Source: Lama glama (Eukaryota). From it: DNA of 64,000 nucleotides. The stretch spans positions 4,590,001-4,654,000 of the forward strand of contig CM052816.1 in the NCBI GenBank assembly GCA_028534125.1. The letters are read 5' to 3'. This document shows, piece after piece, positions 41,790-49,990 of the stretch. The position numbers and the translations under genes were made by a program. A model generated the notes under the pieces. The model saw only the letters and a program-made list of their open reading frames with translations. It made no database searches and was not told the DNA's origin. Numbering within the stretch: position 1 is the first letter of the stretch; every line of letters begins with the position of its first letter.

Positions 41790-42610
41790 GTCGAAAAACC
41801 GGCAGACGTTGTTTCTCAGGGGGCGTCGGCGGGCGCTGTCTCAGCGGTGTCCCCCACGCCTTTCCCAGCGTCTCCATGAGGAACCAACCGCCAGAGCCGA
41901 GGCGCGGCGTCGAGCCGAGCTGGTCTGAGGAAATGGCCGCCGCCGGGCGTTAGCTCACCCGCGCGCGCTCGCGGCCCCGCGCCGACCCCCCAGAGCCATG
42001 AGTTACGGTCGCCCGCCCCCCGACGCGGAGGGCATGACCTCCCTCAAGGTGGGCAACCTGACCTACCGCACCTCGCCCGACACCCTGAGGCGCGTGTTCC
42101 AGAGGCACGGGTGCATCGGCGACGTGTACATCCCGCGGGGACGCCACACCAGGGAGTCCCGGGGCTCCGCCTTCGTCCGCTTCCACGACCAGCACGACGC
42201 CGAGGACGCCATGGACGGGGCCGTGCCGGACGGCCGCGAGCTGCGAGTGCAGATGGCGCGCTGCGGCCGCCGCCGCCAGGGACGCCCGCCCCGCCGGCAC
42301 GGGGGCGGCGGCCACGCACGTCGGAGCCGCAGCCCCGGGCGGCGGCGTCGCAGCCGGTCCCGCTTCCGGTCCCGGTCCCGGTCCCGGTCCCGGAGTCGAT
42401 CCCGCTACAGCCGCTCCAAGTCCCGCTCTGGCACTCGCTCAAGATGGCGATCACCCTCCAAGTTCAGATCCGCGCGATGGTGCAAGTCCAAGTCCAAGTC
42501 CAAGTCCTCCTCAGTCTCCCGATCTCGCTCGCGGTCCAGGTCCAGGTCTGGGTCCAGGAGTCCTCCACCCGTGTCCAGGAGGGAATCCAAGTCCAGGTCG
42601 CCTTCCAAGA
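41790..42610. promoter_or_regulatory. CpG island carried by the SRSF2 retrocopy
   Basis: Very GC-rich and CpG-dense ~800-bp stretch (e.g. GCGCGCGCTCGCGGCCCCGCGCCG) in an otherwise CpG-poor, AT-rich window. Confidence 0.85.
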
Positions 42611-43744
42611 GTCGCCAAGTCTCCTGAAGAGGAAGGATTGGTGTCCTCTTAAGCAAATGATGTGTTGTCCCCAAGCAACATGAAGGAAGACTTGGGGGGA
42701 AAGGACCAAGTACTCAGTCCGTCGAAGAGTCCTTGGAACAAGCAACTGGCTATTGAAAAGGTTATTTTGTAACATTTTGTCTAACTTTTTACTTGTTTTA
42801 AGCTTTGCCTCAGGTGGCAAGCTCATTTTATGTGCCATTTTGTTGCTGTTATTCAAATTTCTTGTAATTTAGTGAGGTGAACGACTTCAGATTTCATTAC
42901 TGGCTTGGATATTTGAGGTAAAATTTCCTTTTTGTTTATATAGTGCTGACTTTTTTTTTTGTTTGAAATTAAACAGATTGGTAATCTAATTTGTGGCCTC
43001 CTGACTTTTAAGGAAACGTGTGCAGCCATTACACACAGCCTAAAGCTGTCAAGAGGTGGACTCAACATTGCCTTCATACCTTAAAATTAAAAACGTACAA
43101 AAGTTGGTGTAAATTTGTTTGTATATGTTATTTACCTTCAGGTCTAAATGGCAAACTGAACCCAAATTTGTATAAAGACTGCAGGTGAAAAGAGTTGTTT
43201 TTTTTTTTTTCCTTAAAGGATTGTTCACCAAACACAATTCTAATCTCTTCTGTTATGTATCTTTGTGCACTAGATGCAGTTGGGTAGCAGTTGAGTAATG
43301 CTGGTTAGCTGTTAAGGTGGCGTGTCGCAGTGCAGAGTGCTTGACTGTTTCCTGTTTTCTCCTGATCGCTCCTGTGTAAAGATGCCTTGTCGTGCAGAAA
43401 CAAATGGCTGTCCAGTTTATTAAAATGCCTTACAACTGCACTTCCCGTCACCCGGGCCTGGCATATGAATAACGGAACATACAGTGAGCACATCTAGCGA
43501 TGATAAATACACCTTTTTTTTTCTTCCTCTTCCCCCTCCCCCAAATGGTAAATTTGAACATCTTCATGTATGAACTTAAAATATGGAAAATGTTAAGGAA
43601 GCAAACAAATGGTTTTGTAACTTTGTAAGTACTGATAACATGATGCATTTTTTTTCCTCATGAATATTCTGTACTCTAACCATTGTTTCTGTAGTTTAAT
43701 TAAAACGTAATCTTGGTGTTAGCTTTTCTCAGAAAAAAAAAAAA
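41808..43744 (+). pseudogene. SRSF2: Full-length processed copy (retrocopy, possible retrogene) of SRSF2/SC35 mRNA
   Basis: Begins GTTGTTTCTCAGG (matches the recalled SRSF2 5'UTR start). The intronless ORF reads [41 protein letters not shown] followed by an RS domain. Parental exon junctions are fused at 42332/42333 and 42659/42660. A ~1.1-kb SRSF2-like 3'UTR follows, then ATTAAA at 43699-43704 and poly(A) at 43733-43744. The TSD is AAAAA[C/T]CGGCAGAC at 41794-41807 and 43740-43753. Confidence 0.97.
41998..42627 (+). CDS. SRSF2: Open reading frame of the SRSF2 retrocopy: 209 aa, diverged RRM plus RS domain, C-terminus frameshifted; expression unknown
   Basis: ORF track. Start context is GAGCCATGA and there are no internal stops. 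A 2-nt loss near 42613-42616 replaces PPKSPEEEGAVSS with RQVS-stop. The ancestral TAA is still visible at 42650-42652. Confidence 0.45.
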   Translation: MSYGRPPPDAEGMTSLKVGNLTYRTSPDTLRRVFQRHGCIGDVYIPRGRHTRESRGSAFVRFHDQHDAEDAMDGAVPDGRELRVQMARCGRRRQGRPPRRHGGGGHARRSRSPGRRRRSRSRFRSRSRSRSRSRSRYSRSKSRSGTRSRWRSPSKFRSARWCKSKSKSKSSSVSRSRSRSRSRSGSRSPPPVSRRESKSRSPSKSRQVS

Positions 43745-46700
43745 TCGGCAGACCTAAACACACATTCCCTCAAAGAAGACATACAGAAGCCCAATAGGCA
43801 CATGAAAACATGCTCAACACTGCTAACTATCAGAGAAACGCAAATCAAAATTACAGTGAGATATCACCTCACACTGGTCAGAATGGCCATCGTTAAAAAG
43901 TCCACAAACAATAAACGCCGGAGAGGGTGTGGAGAAAAAGGAACCCTTCTACACTGTTGATGGGAATGCAAATTGGTTCAGCCAGAATAGAAAACAGTAT
44001 GGAGATTCCTTAAAAAACTATAAATAGAGTTACCATATGATCCAGCAATCCCACTCCTAGGCATATATCCAGAGAACAATTCAAAAAGTTACATGCACCC
44101 CAATGTTCATAGCAGCACTATTTCCAAAGCCAAGACATGGAAGCAACCTAAATGTCCATGGACAGATGACAGGATAAAGATGTGGTAAAATTATACAATG
44201 GAATTCTACTCGGTCATAAAAAATAATAATGCCATTTACAGCAACATGGATCGACCTAGAGATTCTCATACTAAGTGAAGTCAGTCAGACAAAGACAAAT
44301 ATCATATGATATCACTTATATGTGGAATCTGAAAAAGCAAGACAAATGAACTTATTTCCAAAACAGAAAGAGATTCACAGACATAGAAAACAAACTTACG
44401 GTTACCAAAAGGGAGAGGGGTGGGAAAAGATAAATAGAGAGTTCGGAATTAGCAGATACAAACTACTATATACAGAACAGATAAACAGCAAGATCTTACT
44501 GTATAGCATAGGGAACTATACTCAACAGCTTGTAATAACCTATAATGAAAAAGAATATATATAAATGTATAACTGAATCACTATGTTGTACACCAGCAAC
44601 TAATACAAGATTGTAAATCAACTATACGTCAATTAAAAACCAACCAACCAAAAAAAAAAAAAATGGGGTAACAAGGAGACTCCCAGATTCCGGGAGTCTT
44701 AATTTCAAGATTCCAAGGCAGGTTCTTCCCCTTCCTGAATTGCAGTTGCCCCACCTCGAAAAGAGGGGGCATGGCTGAGATGATTCCACAGGCCCTGCCA
44801 GCAGAGGCAGAACAGTGGGACACCCCAGGGGGAAGCTTTGCAGAGACGAGTGCACAAGAGCCGGGCTGTGAAAGCCAGGGGCTCCAGCCAGGAAGGGAGG
44901 AGAAAAGAAAGCAGGGCACCAGGGGTCAAAACCAATTTTCCTCTTGCCAAAGTTCATCTTGGCCCTGCAGATATAAGGCTTTGGTCGAAGGCATTCTTCT
45001 CAGAAATTGTGCTCCTAAGAAAGAGTGACGGTAAAAAAAAATACAGCCACGTGATACATGGGGGATATGACACCTGGCTTACTGTTCCGGTCTATGGACA
45101 CAGAGAAGTGCTGGTTCTCACGTTGCCATACGTAATGGCAAATCAGGTGAGAAACAAAGGGAGGGAAAGGAGAGGGGAAGTGAGAAGGAGGTCCAAAGAT
45201 GGGGTGGGGATAAGAGAGGAGGAAGAAAATACAAGGAGGTGAATCAACTGAAAGTTGGAGGGTTGCCATCAGAACACGGAGTTTCCAATTCCAAAGCTCA
45301 CTCACCGCTGCTCTTTCTCTCCCCATCTCTCCACCTGCTCAACTTAGACTCCATTTTAACTACATTAAAGGACCTTTCAGTGCCTTCCTCTCTCCTCGTG
45401 TATTTCCTGAGTAGCAATAGTAGATGAATGACAAGAACTACCAACCTACTCCCAAGGTAAAGACGAAACTGCTTTTATGTGAGTGAGAACAATGTTTAGA
45501 TTGACCTGTCTGCCTACGTGAACTCTTTTCTGTTATAAACATCACCTCGAGCCGGAAAGAGAAAACAAAGGGTAGAAAGATGAACTGTTAAGAGCCCACT
45601 TCATTTTGCAGATGGAGAGAAAGGGGCCCCAAAAGAGTGGTGACTGGAACAGGGTCGCTGAGCAAGGAGGTGGCAGGGCTGAGAACCGTGTACAAGTCCC
45701 CTGTCAACTAATCCTAGTGAGACAGGCACAAGGACACAAGGGAATGTTTTGGATTTTAACAATTACATACACACTGCAATAGGTATTAGTAAAATCCGCA
45801 TGTGGCATCCATGATGTGGGGGGCATCACAGCTTAGAGTGAAGCTAAATTACCTATCTCTGTTTAAAATATGAATCAATTTAAGGCACAATACTGGGTAT
45901 AATGGAACCCTTGATATGGGTAACCAATAGCTCCTGACCAGATCTCAGACTGTTGCCAGAGACTATGCTTTTGGTCCTTCAGTAAGAAAAAATAAAATAA
46001 AAATGACAACAAAATCCATCCAGCTTGCAAACCTCCAAGCATCCTCTGAAAAGTCAAACAGCTCACCTTGCGGTGTCTCCTGCCCTTCCCCGAGTGAGCC
46101 CGGGAAATGAGAGTCGGGTGTTCAAAGGAGTCAGGCAAGCATAATATTATATATACACTCCACATCCATCTCCTGAATGAAAACTCATTGTTCCTGTGTA
46201 ACCAAAAGTAAATATTTACCGTGAGCCAGGAAAGGTAGGGAATGATCAGCATTCGGGCCATCAATCACTGTGAGCCTTGCTCCTGTTTTAACAACCCTTG
46301 TACGGGAGGGCAGGCAAGGACGGCAAAGACTGGCCGGGAGATAAGAGTTTGTCAGAGGCATCAAATCGCTCGAAGCAGAGGAATATAGGGTGAGTTGTTC
46401 ATGCATGTAGGCTGTGAAGGGCTCTGAAGATGTTTTTACAAAGTTAAGGCAGGAAGGCAGAATGGTTAGCAACGGCCTCTGTAGCTGGACCACCAGCTCC
46501 TTGGCTGACCAGCTGTGGGAGCTTGGGCACAGCGATTCCAGCTTCACCTGGGAAGTGGGGAGGGCATACAAGATCCACTCTTTAGGGCTGCTGTGAGGAT
46601 TAAATGAGTCAATACCGGCAAAGCATTTTTTAACAGTAGTGGGAACATAGAAAGTGCTCAATAAGGATCGTACTGGGGTCAGAAGACAGAAGCCTCCCTT

Positions 46701-49129
46701 GGCTGCAAGAAGATGGCTCAGGGGTGGTACCCAGTTTGTTGGCCGGCCGTGGTGCACTCAGCTGCCCAGGAATTCAATCAGCTGATTTAGAATATGCGTA
46801 ACTGTCCAAATTCACACAGCCAGGAAGAGGCAGAGCTGGGATGTCAGCCAAAGTGGTCTGGTTCCAGAGTCCATGGCCTTAATCTTTATTCCTCTCTTAA
46901 GAAATCACATACATTTTTTTTAATTCTTTATTTCCCAGCTAGTCACCTTGCTCTCTTCCAGGTATAGGAACAGATTGATTCTCCATGGGAAAGGCATTGC
47001 TCAGGTGAAAACAGAAGCACCAAACAAGGGGTAGGACACTTGAGTTGTAGTCCCAAGTGGGACGGTCAGAGGAATGGAAACGATTCATCCTGGACAGGGA
47101 AATGTTTCAGCAGAGGATAAATCTGTGTGTGCTGAGGAGAGCTGGAATGAAGCAGGAAGTTCAGCCCATTTTCCGCAGACCAAGACAGAGACCTAATTCC
47201 CCTGAGTAAGAAGCTATGATGAGAGAGATTCCAGCCCAGTGTAAGAAAGAGCATTCTGGGAGATACACCACCAGATATTCCAGCCAAGAACCTAAATTCA
47301 ATTAGCCCAACACAGCCCCACCTCTTACTGCTGGACAAATTATAGAACCCCTTTAATTAAGCCTCCAGCTCTTTACTACTGAAGAGGGCATAGCAGTATC
47401 CACCTTGTAAGACCAAGGTAAGATTTGAATGAGATAAAGCACGTAAAATGTTAGCATAGCGCCTGGCTTTTCTAAGCCCTCAGTGCATGTCGCCTGTAAA
47501 CTGGCCTGGAATGTGAATGAACATAAATATTGCTCTGAGTACAGATAACTATTTCTTTATATTTTCTTCTTCTCTAGAGACTTTAAAGTGTTTGGGGAAG
47601 ACCCTTCGTTCATCCTTCCATCCTGAGCACTGACTGACATGAAACTCTGAGGACAGAGCATGAACAGGTGTGGAACAGTCCACGTCCATCCCAGTGAAGG
47701 AGGCAAGCATGAAGAAACGGTCACTCAACTAGTTATTTAATGGTAATTATCGCATGTGCCATGTGGGTTAAGTCTAGAGCTGTCACTACAACATTCAACA
47801 AAGAGACTGATCTAGACTTAGGGAGACCACAGGGACCTCCAGGGAAGGGAGACTGGGGCTGAGTTATCTCAATGTGACTGATTTGTGGCCAAAGGCCCAT
47901 GTGAGACCATAGAAGGTAGTTATCAGTCTCCTATGACCAGGGACAGCTTCATGAACTATGACATTGGAAGGAGGATTCCCCGGGGAAGAAAAAGGAAAAC
48001 AATTTTTGTGGTGTAGGACTTTATAAAGACTTGGAGAAAATCTCAGAACAGGGATTCAGATAATACTACTTTTGTTATAAGTAAAAAGCTATTAGTAAAA
48101 ATTATAGGTAAAGTCTATTGTTTAAAGATTTTCACTGCAGTATCATTTCTCAAAGAAAACTGGAAATACTCATAACAAATAACTGTCCAAGAATTGTCCA
48201 ATTGGTCAATTGAGGAATTTGAAACTAAATAAAGTCCAACAGAACTTACTACATGGTACTACAAGTATACTAAATATTATATTCTTCAAGAGCCTGTAAT
48301 AACATGGAGAATATTACTTAAAATACTAAAGAAAAATAGGCAGACCCCAAAAATCAGTTTTAGTGTGAGCACAACCATATCATTTAAACCTCCAAAAGCT
48401 ATACTTTTGGAGGTGATGGATAATAGGTTTACAGCATATTTTGGTGAAGGTTTCACAGATATATACTTATCTCCAAACTCATCAGGTTGTATACGTTAAA
48501 TATTGCAGTTTTTATGTCAATCATACCTCAATGAAGTTTCTTTCAAAATGCAACTGACTATAACTCAATAAAGTAAAATTATAAAAAAAAAGCAACTAAA
48601 AAATACAGAAATGGAAAGCCTATTACCAAGGGTAGCATATGATAATCATTAAAAAGAGGTAAGAAGAAGTGACACATGCTATTTTAAAGGTGGTTATAAA
48701 GCGCAGTTTGAGGACCAGGTCCCTTAGAGAAGTACCGTGCTACAATGCGAATACACTCAGGGTGGGCATGTGGGGGTAGAGGGGCAGGAGAAGTAACACA
48801 TCCAACGTTTTGAAGCATAATGTCTTTAATAAACTGGGGACATCTTGTTCAACAGAGTGTACACCACAGAAAGAATGAAATTGAACCCAACAATCACCTG
48901 CCATGCACAGGACACAGGACAGGTACGTTTAGATGAGAAGAATGTAACGTGATGCTGTCAACGGAGGAAGGGCAGGTGGGGACTCCCCTAGTGGCAATGT
49001 AAACACAATAAGCCCTTAGGGAAACACAGAGCAGCCTAACAAGAAAGAGTTGACAGGAAGGTTGCCTTAGCCCTGCTTCAGAGCTTGGAGGTGATGATTT
49101 AATACTATATCTCAAATTATACCCCAAAT

Positions 49130-49990
49130 ACTGGATCAGGTATTTCTTGAGCTCCAGAGCCCATACATTTAAGTGCTTTCTGGACATTTCCCCTTATATG
49201 TCCCATGAAGACCTCAGACTCAACATGTCCCAAGTAGAACTTTTCTTCCAACCCAATCTCTGCCTCCATCCTCTCCATCAACTCTGGGTCCCTTTCAGTG
49301 AAACTCATCACCATTCATTCAGTCACCCAACCCAGAAACCTAGAAGCGGTCTTCCACTGCCCCCTCTCTCTCATGCCTCACCTCCCATAAATTTAAAGTC
49401 CTGCCTATTCGTCTTTTATCCCTTTCTCTCCACCTCCATCACTACCACCTTAGCTCCAGACACTTCGGCTCAGATCTTGTCAGTGGTGGGCACCTGATAA
49501 GACTCCAAGGGTCCCATAAATTTTCCACAGAAAAGCCAAAATAATATTCCTACAATACAAATCTCATTGTACCACTCTTTGTTCCTGCTGGGCTCCGACT
49601 GTGCTCAAGATAATGGGCCAAAACCATGGTTCACAAGGAATTCATGAATCCTTCCTGCATCTCTGCCTCATTTCAAAGTCTCCCATCCCCTTAAGTTTTC
49701 AGCCACCCTGGGCATTTTTCAGATTCTTAAACACACTGAGCTCTCTCACACCTCAGGGTCTTTGCATATGCAGTTTCCTCTGCCTGGAAACTTTTTTTGC
49801 ATACTTGGATAGGCAAGAATACCTCTGAAGGAAACCTTTCTCTGACCTCAGAAACCAGGTTAAGACTTCCTTAACACGTACTCCCACAGCATCCCTCTTG
49901 ACTGCAAGTGCACATTTAACTGTTTCCCCAACAGGCTATAAACTGAGTGCTCTGTTTATCACTGTATTTGAATGAATAAACAAATAAAAA
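49130..49990 (+). mobile_element. L2 fragment
   Basis: TGAGCTCCAGAGCCCATA..CCTCAGACTCAACATGTCC..CCTCAGGGTCTTTGCATATGCAGTTTCCTCTGCCTGGAA..TGAATGAATAAA. Confidence 0.82.

Larger units (their letters stand above)
41698..44663 (+). mobile_element. 5'-truncated L1 (ORF2 3' end, 3'UTR, poly(A)) split by the SRSF2 retrocopy; pieces ~41698-41807 and 43740-44663
   Basis: L1 ORF2-like sequence ...AAACAACCCAGTCGAAAAACCGGCAGAC resumes after the retrocopy as ...CGGCAGACCTAAACACACATTCC..AAAGAAGACATACAG. It continues through the Cys-rich ORF2 end and 3'UTR to an A-tail at 44650-44663. The 5' boundary is approximate. Confidence 0.9.

Noticed and set aside
41998..42340. ADAR or APOBEC hyper-editing as the cause of the retrocopy substitutions
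   Set aside because: Both A>G and T>C (plus A>C) occur on the same strand and the bias extends into flanking DNA. ADAR editing of the mRNA would give sense A>G only, and APOBEC would give G>A or C>T.
41950..42856. Overlapping alternative-frame and antisense ORFs around SRSF2 (41950-42315, 42044-42454, 42111-42683, 42405-42674, 42464-42856)
   Set aside because: These are shadows of a GC-rich, stop-poor RRM/RS coding sequence. The DL, GT, VQ and WT dipeptide repeats are RS hexamers read in other frames.
41808..43744. This being the parental SRSF2 gene
   Set aside because: Coding introns are absent, a poly(A) tail and TSD are present, it sits inside an L1, and it has many changes at invariant residues.
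45875..46757. 129-aa and 190-aa minus-strand ORFs
   Set aside because: No recognisable domain, and they are partly MIR-derived. Lengths are compatible with chance in locally GC-richer DNA.
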